The translations under genes were made by a program, and so were the position numbers. Under the pieces are notes generated by a model. That model was not told where the DNA came from. It worked only from the letters and a program-made list of their open reading frames with translations, and ran no database searches. Shown here piece after piece: positions 1 to 8,707 of a DNA stretch of 64,000 nucleotides. Where the stretch lies: the IMG/VR virus record IMGVR_UViG_3300030376_006980, positions 22,980 through 86,979 of that record, one strand, 5' to 3'. Within the stretch, counting starts at the first letter, position 1. The number at the start of each line of letters is the position of its first letter. Source of the DNA: a virus (lineage: Duplodnaviria; Caudoviricetes).

Positions 1-30
1 ACGTGGGTTCGATTCCCACCACCTCCACCA
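1..30 (+). ncRNA. ssrA: 3' end of tmRNA (or of a second Ala-type tRNA), truncated by the window start
   Basis: T-arm GTGGG-TTCGATT-CCCAC followed by CACCTCC-A-CCA. U70 implies a G3.U70 Ala determinant and CCA is encoded. The AC before the T-stem matches the tmRNA GAC, and a separate tRNA-Ala follows immediately. Confidence 0.7.
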
Positions 31-33
31 CAT

Positions 34-107
34 GGGGAATTAGCTCAGCTGGCTAGAGCGCCTGCCTTGCACGCAGGAGGTCATCGGTTCGACTCCGATA
101 TTCTCCA
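34..107 (+). tRNA. tRNA-Ala(UGC), CCA not encoded
   Basis: Full cloverleaf: acceptor GGGGAAT/ATTCTCC with G3.U70, D-stem GCTC/GAGC, anticodon stem CCTGC/GCAGG with loop CT-TGC-AC, T-arm ATCGG-TTCGACT-CCGAT. Confidence 0.95.
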
Positions 108-119
108 CAAAAAATAAAC

Positions 120-308
120 ATGATGAAAGAAGATTTTGAATTTGCGATTAGGGTTATTAGAAATAAGAAGAATAAATTCATACATTACCCAGCTATTAAA
201 CAATTAATTAAAAACTGGGCATTTAAATGGAAAGAATATGATCACACTCCTCTTTATGCTGTTTATTTAAATTCTTTAAATATGAATCTTAAAAAATCTT
301 TTAAATGA
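120..308 (+). CDS. hypothetical protein
   Basis: 62 aa ORF whose stop overlaps the next ATG (ATGA). Confidence 0.6.
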   Translation: MMKEDFEFAIRVIRNKKNKFIHYPAIKQLIKNWAFKWKEYDHTPLYAVYLNSLNMNLKKSFK

Positions 309-730
309 AAGACATTAAATTTAGGCCAGTAGAACAAAAAGACTTTGCTGAAATATGTATACTTCTTAATCAACTAAAAGAACAAGAAATTAATCCATTT
401 GAATCAGAAAGAATTTGGAAAGATTTTCTAGAAAATACAAGTAATAACTCTATTGTTGGTGTAGATGAAAATGATTTTGTAGTTGCTTATGGTAGCTGTG
501 TAATTGAAAATAAAATCAGAGGAGAAGTTGCAGGACATATTGAAGATATTGTTGTAGATAAGAAAATGAGAGGAAAGAATGTAGGTGTAGATCTGATTAA
601 CGAATTAGTTAATTCTGCAAAGAAAAGAGGATGTTATAGGATAACACTGTTTTGTAAAGAAGAGCTTATAAATTTTTATTCTAAGAACGGTTTTAAGGTT
701 AATAATGTTGTAATGAAAAAATACTTATAA
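305..730 (+). CDS. GNAT acetyltransferase, glucosamine-6-phosphate N-acetyltransferase (GNA1)-like
   Basis: GHIEDIVVDKKMRGKNVG acetyl-CoA motif A; CYRITLFC...FYSKNGF is the GNA1-type C-terminus. Confidence 0.8.
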   Translation: MKDIKFRPVEQKDFAEICILLNQLKEQEINPFESERIWKDFLENTSNNSIVGVDENDFVVAYGSCVIENKIRGEVAGHIEDIVVDKKMRGKNVGVDLINELVNSAKKRGCYRITLFCKEELINFYSKNGFKVNNVVMKKYL

Positions 731-731
731 T

Positions 732-765
732 AAACAAACTTAAGATATTACCATATAAAAATAAA
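732..765 (+). promoter_or_regulatory. class II bipartite promoter-like motif AAACW-N(14-15)-CATATAAWAATAAA
   Basis: AAAC at 732-735 and CATATAAAAATAAA at 752-765. The same spacing recurs at 3984/4003, 5081/5101, 11409/11428, 24198/24217, 27697/27716 and 56604/56623. Confidence 0.6.
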
Positions 766-770
766 CATAC

Positions 771-2645
771 ATGGCAGTAAGCATTGAAAAGAAGTACCAG
801 AAATTAACCGATACAGAACATGTATTATTAAGACCAGGTATGTATGTAGGATCAATTAAGCCACATACTGAAGAAGTATTTTTACCTATTAAAGGAAAAG
901 ATCAATTTCAATTAACTGAAGTAACATATAATCCAGGTTTCTTAAAACTCTTTGATGAAATTATTTCTAACTCTGTTGATGAGCATAAAAGAAATCCTAA
1001 ACTTAATCGAATTAAAATAGAATTAAATCAAGAAAGTGGTTTAATTTCTGTTTGGGATAATGGAGGTATACCTGTAGAGATTCATAAAGAGTATGATGAG
1101 TGGGTTCCTGAAATGATATTTTCAAATTTAAAGACAGGAAGTAATTTTGATGATAGTGAAGATAGAATTGTTGTAGGAACAAATGGTGTAGGTAGTACAT
1201 TAACAAATATATTTAGTAAAGAATTTAAAATTCAAACTTGTGATGGTAAAAAACAATTCAACCAAACCTTTACCAATAATATGGCTGAAAGAACAAAGCC
1301 AAAGATAACTAAAAAGAAAACAAAACATACTGAAATAACTTATCTTACTGATTTTGAAAGATTTGGTTTAAAAGGTATTGATAGGCATCATTACTTAATG
1401 ATAACAAAAAGGCTTATTGATATTGCTGCATGTAATCCTTCCTTAAAAATATTCTTAAATGGTAATCCTATTTCTTTTAGAACATTTAAAGATTATGCAA
1501 GCAGATATGTTACTCCAATATTTTATGAACAATCAGAACATTGGAAAATAGGTATAGGTCATTCAACAACTGGCTTTAAAGCTATATCATTTGTTAACTC
1601 TGTTGAAACTAAAGATGGAGGAACCCATGTGAATGATATTGATTGGCAGATAACTTCATTCCTTAGAGAAAAGATAAAAAGAAAATATAGGGTTGATGTA
1701 AAACCTTCTGAATTAAGGCAACATTTATATTTGTTTATAAATTGTACAATTATTAATCCAGCATTTTCATCTCAAACAAAAGAAAAGTTAATTACATCAC
1801 CTAAAGATTTTGGTACTAAACATATTTTAAGTGATAAAGTTTTAAGGCAAGTTTTAAATTCTGAAATCATACAATCTGTATTAGATTGGGTACAGAGAAA
1901 AAAGGATGCTGATGAAAGAAAAAAGTTAAGAAGACTTAATAAAGGTTTAGATAAAACAAAAGTACTTAAACTTATTGATGCAAAGAAAAGAGGTATCAGA
2001 GATAAATGTACACTTGCAATTTTTGAAGGTGATTCTGCATCATCTGCATTTAGAAGATATAGAGAACCACAATACCAAGGAGCCTTTCCATTAAGAGGTA
2101 AATTTATTAATGTAAGAGAATTACCACCATCTAAAGTTGTACAGAATAAAGAGGTACAATCCCTGATGGCTGCTATAGGATTAAAGATTGGTCATGAACC
2201 TAAGGATTTAAGATATGGTAAAATTTTATTGTACACTGATGCTGATGTTGATGGTAATTCAATTTCTGCTTTATTAATTAATTTCTTAGGTAAGTATTGG
2301 CCAGAACTATTTAGTGAAGGAAAGATACTCAAAGTAGAAACTCCTTTAATGGTTGCAAAGAAAGGTAATGAATCTTTAAATTTTTATACAGAAGAAGATT
2401 ATAAAGAATGGGAATCTAAACAGAGAAGTTTAAGTAAATGGTCTATTGAATACAAAAAAGGTTTAGCTGCATTAGAGGATGCAGAATACAAGGAGATCAT
2501 TAGAAGCCCGAAAACATTCACCTTAACTAAAGATAAAGAATTTAACAGTACATTAGATATATGGTTTTCTAAGAACTCTGAACCTCGTAAAAGAAAGATA
2601 TTAGGTCAAGCCGTAGAAATTAAAAACAAAAAATCATTATTTTAA
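771..2645 (+). CDS. DNA topoisomerase II large subunit (GHKL ATPase + TOPRIM; T4 gp39+gp60 fused type)
   Basis: EHVLLRPGMYVGS, EIISNSVDE, DNGGIP, GTNGVGS, EGDSA, PLRGKFINV and YTDADVDG motifs. Confidence 0.95.
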   Translation: MAVSIEKKYQKLTDTEHVLLRPGMYVGSIKPHTEEVFLPIKGKDQFQLTEVTYNPGFLKLFDEIISNSVDEHKRNPKLNRIKIELNQESGLISVWDNGGIPVEIHKEYDEWVPEMIFSNLKTGSNFDDSEDRIVVGTNGVGSTLTNIFSKEFKIQTCDGKKQFNQTFTNNMAERTKPKITKKKTKHTEITYLTDFERFGLKGIDRHHYLMITKRLIDIAACNPSLKIFLNGNPISFRTFKDYASRYVTPIFYEQSEHWKIGIGHSTTGFKAISFVNSVETKDGGTHVNDIDWQITSFLREKIKRKYRVDVKPSELRQHLYLFINCTIINPAFSSQTKEKLITSPKDFGTKHILSDKVLRQVLNSEIIQSVLDWVQRKKDADERKKLRRLNKGLDKTKVLKLIDAKKRGIRDKCTLAIFEGDSASSAFRRYREPQYQGAFPLRGKFINVRELPPSKVVQNKEVQSLMAAIGLKIGHEPKDLRYGKILLYTDADVDGNSISALLINFLGKYWPELFSEGKILKVETPLMVAKKGNESLNFYTEEDYKEWESKQRSLSKWSIEYKKGLAALEDAEYKEIIRSPKTFTLTKDKEFNSTLDIWFSKNSEPRKRKILGQAVEIKNKKSLF

Positions 2646-3985
2646 TGAATAGAACAGTAACTTCATTTTTTGATAAAGAATATTTAGAATATGCTAAATA
2701 TGTTGTAGAGAACAGAGCAATACCAAGTTGTATTGATGGTCTTAAACCTACACAAAGAAAAGTTGTTTATATCGCAAATAAGATATGGAAAACCGGTAAT
2801 GAAAAGCCAATGAAATTATTTCAGCTTGCAGGTAGAGTAGCAGCTGAGGCATTTTATCATCATGGTAATACTTCATTAGAATCTTCAATGGTTGGTATGG
2901 CTCAAAAGTTTAAAAATTCATTACCATTATTAGAAGGTATAGGTCAGTTTGGATCTTTAAGATCTCCTGCTGCTGGTGCACCTCGTTACATAAGTGCTAA
3001 ACTACATCCTAACTTTAGACTGCTTTACCAAGATTTTGAATTACTTGGTAATAAAATAGAAGAAGGTGAAAAAATTGAACCAGAGTATTTCTTACCTATT
3101 GTTCCTACTGTTATTTTAAATGGTACATCAGGTATTGCTGTAGGTTTTGCTACAAATATTTTAAATAGAAATCCTATAGATGTTGTTAATGCATGTATTT
3201 CCGAAGTTAACGGAAAGAGAATGAAAACATTAACTCCTTGGGTTAAAGAATTCAGAGGAACATTTACTAGAGATACTGAAAATCCTAAAACATGGAAAAT
3301 AAGTGGCTCATATGAAATTGTAAATTCAAATACAATAAAAATAACTTCTATTCCTCCAAATTATACATATGAAAGATATGAAGAAATTTTAAATCTTTTA
3401 ATGGAGAAAGGAATTATTATTGCTTATGATGATAACTCCTCAGAAACTATTGAATATGTTTTAAAATTTAAAAGAGCTGTCTTAAAAGATTTACTTTCAA
3501 AAAATAGATTAGAAAGAGTATTAAGATTGAATACTCAAGAAACTGAAAACTTAACAACGATTGATGAGAACGGTGAATTAAAGATTTTTAATAAAGCTGA
3601 GGAAATTGTAAAACATTTTGTACAAGTTAGGTTAGGTTGGTATCAAACAAGAAAAGATTATTTAATTGATAAAACAGAAAAACAATTAGCATTAGTTACA
3701 AATAAAGCTAGATTTATTAAAGATATTATTGAAGGTAAATTAAAAGTTAATAATATACCTAAAGAAAAGATTGTTAATTACTTAAAAACAAATGATTATG
3801 ATACAGTACATGGATCATATGATTATCTTTTATCAATGGCTATTCATTCTTTAACAAAAGAAAGATATGAAAAATTATTACAGGAGAAAGAAGGTTGTAT
3901 TATTGCTCTTAAAACATTAAAAGCAACAGATCCTAAAGAAATGTATTTGACAGATTTAAAAAAATTAAAGGCAGCAATTAAGTAA
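2645..3985 (+). CDS. DNA topoisomerase II medium subunit (T4 gp52 / GyrA-like)
   Basis: RAIPSCIDGLKPTQRK, YHHGNTS, and GAPRY with the catalytic Tyr. Confidence 0.95.
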   Translation: MNRTVTSFFDKEYLEYAKYVVENRAIPSCIDGLKPTQRKVVYIANKIWKTGNEKPMKLFQLAGRVAAEAFYHHGNTSLESSMVGMAQKFKNSLPLLEGIGQFGSLRSPAAGAPRYISAKLHPNFRLLYQDFELLGNKIEEGEKIEPEYFLPIVPTVILNGTSGIAVGFATNILNRNPIDVVNACISEVNGKRMKTLTPWVKEFRGTFTRDTENPKTWKISGSYEIVNSNTIKITSIPPNYTYERYEEILNLLMEKGIIIAYDDNSSETIEYVLKFKRAVLKDLLSKNRLERVLRLNTQETENLTTIDENGELKIFNKAEEIVKHFVQVRLGWYQTRKDYLIDKTEKQLALVTNKARFIKDIIEGKLKVNNIPKEKIVNYLKTNDYDTVHGSYDYLLSMAIHSLTKERYEKLLQEKEGCIIALKTLKATDPKEMYLTDLKKLKAAIK

Positions 3986-4016
3986 ACTTTTTTTAAAAAA
4001 AGCATATAAAAATAAA
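3984..4016 (+). promoter_or_regulatory. class II promoter-like motif
   Basis: AAACTT-N13-CATATAAAAATAAA directly before ATG 4017. Confidence 0.6.
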
Positions 4017-4172
4017 ATGGTAAAATATAGGTTTTGTATTAAAGATGATTGTAGATTGGCCTGTAAAGCAGAGACAGAAAAAAAGGCATGGGAATGGTTA
4101 GCTGCCACTAAACATTTATCTGTAACGGAAGTTAAAAAACTATACTATATAAAAATAGAAGAAAATGATTAA
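4017..4172 (+). CDS. small hypothetical protein (51 aa, not in ORF track)
   Basis: MVKYRFCIKDDCRLACKAETEKKAWEWL...; follows a class II motif and overlaps the KTSC start. Confidence 0.5.
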   Translation: MVKYRFCIKDDCRLACKAETEKKAWEWLAATKHLSVTEVKKLYYIKIEEND

Positions 4173-4392
4173 AGAACAAACAACAACTGTTGATTCATCA
4201 ATGATCAACAAATATATTTACAATTTTGCAAGTAAAACATTAAAGGTAGAATTTAATGGTGGTGCATTATATGAATATAAAAATGTTGAATCAGATTTAT
4301 ATGATGAACTATGTAAATCAGAATCAACAGGTAAATTCTTCAACGAGAAGATTAAAAATAATTATGAACATACTCAACTTTTAATAGATTAA
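4165..4392 (+). CDS. KTSC domain protein
   Basis: VDSSMI...Y.......LKVEFNGGALYEYKNV...LCKSESTGKFFN pattern. Confidence 0.85.
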   Translation: MIKEQTTTVDSSMINKYIYNFASKTLKVEFNGGALYEYKNVESDLYDELCKSESTGKFFNEKIKNNYEHTQLLID

Positions 4393-4393
4393 T

Positions 4394-4627
4394 ATGACAA
4401 CAAATAAAAATGTACTTTATGATGCTCTTAAAGCTCAATTTGAAGCAAAGAAGCAAAAGGCGTTAGCAACACTAACAATTTATTTAACTAATCCTGTAGG
4501 AATTGGTGAACACCCTCAACATATAGAGGAAATGGTAAAGTTAGCTGAAGAATTGGCTGAAGCCGATGATGTGGTTAAAACTTTAGAAAAAACATTTGAA
4601 ACACCACAACCTACTGCTGATGAATAA
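4394..4627 (+). CDS. conserved phage hypothetical protein
   Basis: YLTNPVGIGEHPQHIEEM helical hairpin, a type seen in T4-like aquatic phages. Confidence 0.7.
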   Translation: MTTNKNVLYDALKAQFEAKKQKALATLTIYLTNPVGIGEHPQHIEEMVKLAEELAEADDVVKTLEKTFETPQPTADE

Positions 4628-5099
4628 AGTTATACTTATAGGAAAGGCCGCTGCCGGAAAAGATCATATGAGAAAGGTCTTAGAAGGTAGAGGCTTTAAA
4701 TATGGTACTTCTTATACTACTCGGCCTCCTAGAAAAGGTGAAATTGATGGTAGAGATTACTACTTTATATCAGAAGAAGATTTTAAACATTATGCTGAAA
4801 ATAATTTTTGGTATGAATATGTTCAATTTAATGGTTGGTATTACGGATCTAGTATAGAACAATTTAAAGAGACTTGTAATTTATTTGTTATGACACCAAA
4901 AGGTGTAAGTGCAATCAATCCAATTGAAAGAAAAAAATGTACTATCATTTATTTAGATATACCTTTAGAAATCAGAAGAAAGAGATTAGAAGAAAGAGGT
5001 GATGTAAATGATAAAATTGAAAGAAGGTTAGCCGCTGATGAAAAAGATTTTGAAGGCTTTACTGATTTTGATATTGTAGTAAACAATCCTAACTTTTAA
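4620..5099 (+). CDS. gmk: guanylate kinase (start corrected to ATG 4620)
   Basis: P-loop GKAAAGKD, SYTTRPPRKGEIDGRDYYF, NGWYYG. Confidence 0.9.
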   Translation: MNKVILIGKAAAGKDHMRKVLEGRGFKYGTSYTTRPPRKGEIDGRDYYFISEEDFKHYAENNFWYEYVQFNGWYYGSSIEQFKETCNLFVMTPKGVSAINPIERKKCTIIYLDIPLEIRRKRLEERGDVNDKIERRLAADEKDFEGFTDFDIVVNNPNF

Positions 5100-5117
5100 A
5101 CATATAAAAATAAACCG

Positions 5118-5729
5118 ATGCAAAAATTCATTATTATAGAAGGTACCGATAATGTAGGTAAAGATACTCAACAAAATTTAATAATTGAAAGAATGTCTAA
5201 TCACGTCTTTCATAAATTACATTATTCCTCTTTACCGTTTAGAAATGATAAGGATCTACATGCAACTTATTCTAAAAAGATGTATGATGGAATGTTTAAA
5301 TTAATGATGAAATCTAAAATTGCAGAGCAACCTGGTGATGAACCTATTAACCTTATATTTAATAGATCTCATTTAGGTGAAACTGTTTATTCTCCTCTTT
5401 ATAGAGGTTACTCTGGTGATTATGTTTTTGATATTGAAAAGAAATATACAAAAGCATTAAGAGAGAATTTATATTTAATTACATTAACAAATAGTCCTCA
5501 TAACATTCTAAAAAGAGATGATGGAAAATCATTCTATGGTAATGAAGAAGAAGTTAAAGCTGAGATTGATGGTTTTAATAGGGCTCATAAATTAAGTACA
5601 ATTAAAAATAAGCTACATATTGATGTAGGTAATATGAGTGCATTAGAGGTATCACATCTTATTTTAAGTTTCCTAAAACATGAAAATGCTGTTACTGGAG
5701 AACAAGAACAATTAAAACTTTTTTCATAA
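5118..5729 (+). CDS. thymidylate-kinase-family dNMP kinase
   Basis: IIIEGTDNVGKDT P-loop; FNRSHLGETVYSPLYRG corresponds to the DR motif. Confidence 0.75.
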   Translation: MQKFIIIEGTDNVGKDTQQNLIIERMSNHVFHKLHYSSLPFRNDKDLHATYSKKMYDGMFKLMMKSKIAEQPGDEPINLIFNRSHLGETVYSPLYRGYSGDYVFDIEKKYTKALRENLYLITLTNSPHNILKRDDGKSFYGNEEEVKAEIDGFNRAHKLSTIKNKLHIDVGNMSALEVSHLILSFLKHENAVTGEQEQLKLFS

Positions 5730-5908
5730 TGGGAACCTGGGAAGATCTGTTTTATGAAATCACTACTGAAGTAGAAGAATTAGGTTTAAGAAAAGAATTT
5801 GATGAAAAATTAAAAGAGCTACGTAATGATGATAAGTACAAATACCACGAGGTAAGAGATAGATGGCAAGTAGCATTAAAAGAAATAAAAGAAGAAAATA
5901 AAAAATGA
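5729..5908 (+). CDS. small hypothetical protein (59 aa, not in ORF track)
   Basis: MGTWEDLFYEITTEVEELGLRKEF...; TAATG overlap upstream and ATGA overlap downstream. Confidence 0.65.
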   Translation: MGTWEDLFYEITTEVEELGLRKEFDEKLKELRNDDKYKYHEVRDRWQVALKEIKEENKK

Positions 5909-6789
5909 GAACATACAGAGGAGATACATTTGCGGATGTTTATGAATTAGCATTAAGAGATACATTAGAAAGTCCTGAATATACTTCTTCACCAAGAGGT
6001 ATGGAGATTAAGGAAATATGTAATGCAGCTTTAATAATAGATGATCCTTATTTTCCACTTTATGAAAATGAAGTAAGGAGTAGTCAATTTAAATATATTG
6101 CAGGTGAAACTGTTTGGTATTTTACAGGCAGGAAGGATATTGAATTTATTGATAAGTTTTCAAAGTTTTGGAAACAATTAGATAACGGTGATGGTACTGT
6201 AAATTCTGCTTATGGTAATCTTATATTTAAAGAACCTCTTTCTGATGGTAGAAATCAATGGCAATGGGCATTAGATTCTTTAATAGAAGATAGAGATTCA
6301 AGACAAGCAATTTTACATTTTAATAAACCATCTCATCAATGGCAAGGTAATAAAGATTTTGTATGTACTCTTAATGGTGTATTTCAAATCAGAGATAACA
6401 GATTAAACTTTACAGTTGATATGAGATCAAATGATCTTATCTTAGGTACAGCAACTGACATTGCATTTTTCTGTTTATTACAACAACAAATGTTAAAGCA
6501 TTTACAAGTGTGGTATCCTAATCTTAAAATGGGTAACTATACTCATATTGTACATTCACTTCATATTTATGAAAGGCATTTTGATTTAGTTAAAAGAATG
6601 TTAGATAAACCTTTTATGCAAATGTCTTATCCACCTTTAAAAGAAAATCTTATTACAACTAAAGGTCATCCTACTGATAATATGAATCTTTTAGAAGATA
6701 ACATATTAGATGATACTCCAATTGTAGAAATTTTCAATGATCCACTATTCCGATGGTTATCATCTTATAGTAAGGACTCTGATATATAA
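5905..6789 (+). CDS. thymidylate-synthase-fold dCMP-modifying enzyme (T4 gp42 dCMP hydroxymethylase-like)
   Basis: VNSAYG, DSRQA, DFVCT (catalytic Cys), MRSNDLILGTATD (Asp at the TS Asn177 position) and SLHIYERHFDLV parallel gp42 INSNYG, DFMCT, MRSNDVVFGFRND and SLHVYSRHF. Confidence 0.8.
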   Translation: MRTYRGDTFADVYELALRDTLESPEYTSSPRGMEIKEICNAALIIDDPYFPLYENEVRSSQFKYIAGETVWYFTGRKDIEFIDKFSKFWKQLDNGDGTVNSAYGNLIFKEPLSDGRNQWQWALDSLIEDRDSRQAILHFNKPSHQWQGNKDFVCTLNGVFQIRDNRLNFTVDMRSNDLILGTATDIAFFCLLQQQMLKHLQVWYPNLKMGNYTHIVHSLHIYERHFDLVKRMLDKPFMQMSYPPLKENLITTKGHPTDNMNLLEDNILDDTPIVEIFNDPLFRWLSSYSKDSDI

Positions 6790-6803
6790 TAAAATAAATC
6801 AAA

Positions 6804-8615
6804 GTGTTGAAATATCTAAAACTTTTTGAAGAATTCATAACAGAGAAGAAACCTAAGGGAGCTCCTGACTTCCACCATTCTGATGCACCTGATGCTGAAG
6901 GTCGCTTTAGAGATTTAAGTCCTAAGAAATTAGCCGCATGGTTAATTAAAACCAGAAAGAAAGACTTAAAAAGAATTAGCGGTTCTTTAACTCAACAAGT
7001 AGTATTTAATAGAAAGAGTGATCCTAAATATGCTGATAAGATGGAAAAGACCAGAATTGAAGTATATAAGCAATTAGGTAGAGATGATTTATTAAATAAA
7101 GATGAATCAGTACAATTTGTAAATGAAGGAATTGACTTCCAGGCTATTTTACTAAAAGATGCAATGTTAAAGTATAACATTCAACCAACTGGTGGAATTC
7201 CACGTACATTACAGTTTGCTGGTAAAGGTTATATGAAAGCTCCTAAAGGTACATTCTTAATTGGTTTACCTGGTGGTCTATTTGCCGTTAATCTGAAAAA
7301 GAAATTTGCTGTTCAACTCACAAGCGGAAGTAGAGCTTACTTAGATGCTCAAGATAAGTTAAAAGATAATGAGGTTGGAGGAACTAATATGGCTCCTGAA
7401 TATAGAGAATGGAAAAAGTACCTAAATGAATCAGTAGTTACTGAAGGTAAACTAAAAATATCTGGACCTGCTTACGATCTTTGGGATGAGAAAGAAGTCC
7501 AAAGAAAATTAAGAGGCGTTAAGATAAAGATAGTTGGAGATATTGGAGGTGTTGCAACAATTAAAGGTGACGATAAAGAACTACAAAAAGTTAAAGACAT
7601 ATTAGGTTTAAATGAAGCAGCTGAACATGAAGATTATTTAAACAAAGTTAATTTTTTACTAGCAGGAGAAAAATTAGAAGGTCTTACTGGAAAAAATAAT
7701 AAAAGAATTTATGGTGAAATAAACGATGTTTGTTTAGAAAAGCTATATAATTCATTTTATGCAAAAGGTGATTATGGAAAAGTATTAGAAGTTAATTCTG
7801 ATTTACCTCTTATTTATTATGGTGGAAATTCTAAAGAAGGATTAGATTTTATAAAGAGATATAACATATCTGAAAATGTTATGTATAATTCACCAAAGGC
7901 AATGAAGGTGAGCGGTAATAAAAGTAAGTTTTATAAAATGTTTGAGGATACTGATTTTATTCCAAAGGCTGTTTATAAAAAAGAAGATGCAAAAGATTTA
8001 CAATTTCCTGTAATTGCAAAACCTGATGATGGTCATTCAGGTTTAGGTATTGAGATATTTGATACTTATGAAGACTTAGAAAAAAGTAAAGGTAAATTTG
8101 AAAATTATTCAGAGGCAAAGGATTTAGATAAAGAATTCAGAGTTTTGTTAATGAATGAAGAACCTGTGTTAGTTCATGAAAGAGTTTCTTTAAATGAAAA
8201 TGAAATTAAAGATAAAGATGCAGATGAGCAAACTGAATTTACCTATGTAGATCAAGATATGAATAAATTAGATTTTATGAATGAAGTAAATAACATTTGT
8301 AAAACTATTAGAGAAAAATTAAAACTTGGTCTTTGGTCAATCGACTTAATGATTGATAAGAGTGGTAATTGTTGGGTTGCAGAAATTAACTCAGCATCAG
8401 GAATGGCCGCTGATAAGATGGCAAGAGTTTATGTCAAAGTATATGAAGATTTTTATGGTAAGGAATTACCACAAGAATTTAAAACCTATTTAAATGAAGA
8501 ATACATACAACCTATTTACAAAATTAATTTGAAGGAAAATGCAGCTCAAATTAAAAAATCTAAATGCTGCGTTAACTATCAAAATATCATTGATGGTAAA
8601 GAATTTATTCTCTAA
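6804..8615 (+). CDS. putative head-packaged polyprotein with C-terminal RimK-like ATP-grasp ligase
   Basis: N-terminus KYLKLFEEFITE (capsid-targeting-like); internal VNE, LNE and VTE sites; C-terminal NKSKFY, FPVIAKPDDGHSGLGI, EFRV, IDLMID, WVAEINSASG. Confidence 0.75.
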   Translation: MLKYLKLFEEFITEKKPKGAPDFHHSDAPDAEGRFRDLSPKKLAAWLIKTRKKDLKRISGSLTQQVVFNRKSDPKYADKMEKTRIEVYKQLGRDDLLNKDESVQFVNEGIDFQAILLKDAMLKYNIQPTGGIPRTLQFAGKGYMKAPKGTFLIGLPGGLFAVNLKKKFAVQLTSGSRAYLDAQDKLKDNEVGGTNMAPEYREWKKYLNESVVTEGKLKISGPAYDLWDEKEVQRKLRGVKIKIVGDIGGVATIKGDDKELQKVKDILGLNEAAEHEDYLNKVNFLLAGEKLEGLTGKNNKRIYGEINDVCLEKLYNSFYAKGDYGKVLEVNSDLPLIYYGGNSKEGLDFIKRYNISENVMYNSPKAMKVSGNKSKFYKMFEDTDFIPKAVYKKEDAKDLQFPVIAKPDDGHSGLGIEIFDTYEDLEKSKGKFENYSEAKDLDKEFRVLLMNEEPVLVHERVSLNENEIKDKDADEQTEFTYVDQDMNKLDFMNEVNNICKTIREKLKLGLWSIDLMIDKSGNCWVAEINSASGMAADKMARVYVKVYEDFYGKELPQEFKTYLNEEYIQPIYKINLKENAAQIKKSKCCVNYQNIIDGKEFIL

Positions 8616-8640
8616 GAGAAAAAAGTTCTTAAAACCTTTT

Positions 8641-8668
8641 CAGTTCCCAACAAAATTGTTTATATTTA
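8641..8668 (+). promoter_or_regulatory. class I (early) promoter-like element, partial copy
   Basis: CAGTTCCCAACAAAATTGTTTATATTTA resembles the 40-nt core found at 42101, 43601, 60392, 60800 and 61774. Confidence 0.5.
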
Positions 8669-8707
8669 ATCTGTATATTATGAAACAATATACTGTAAAT
8701 CAATTAT

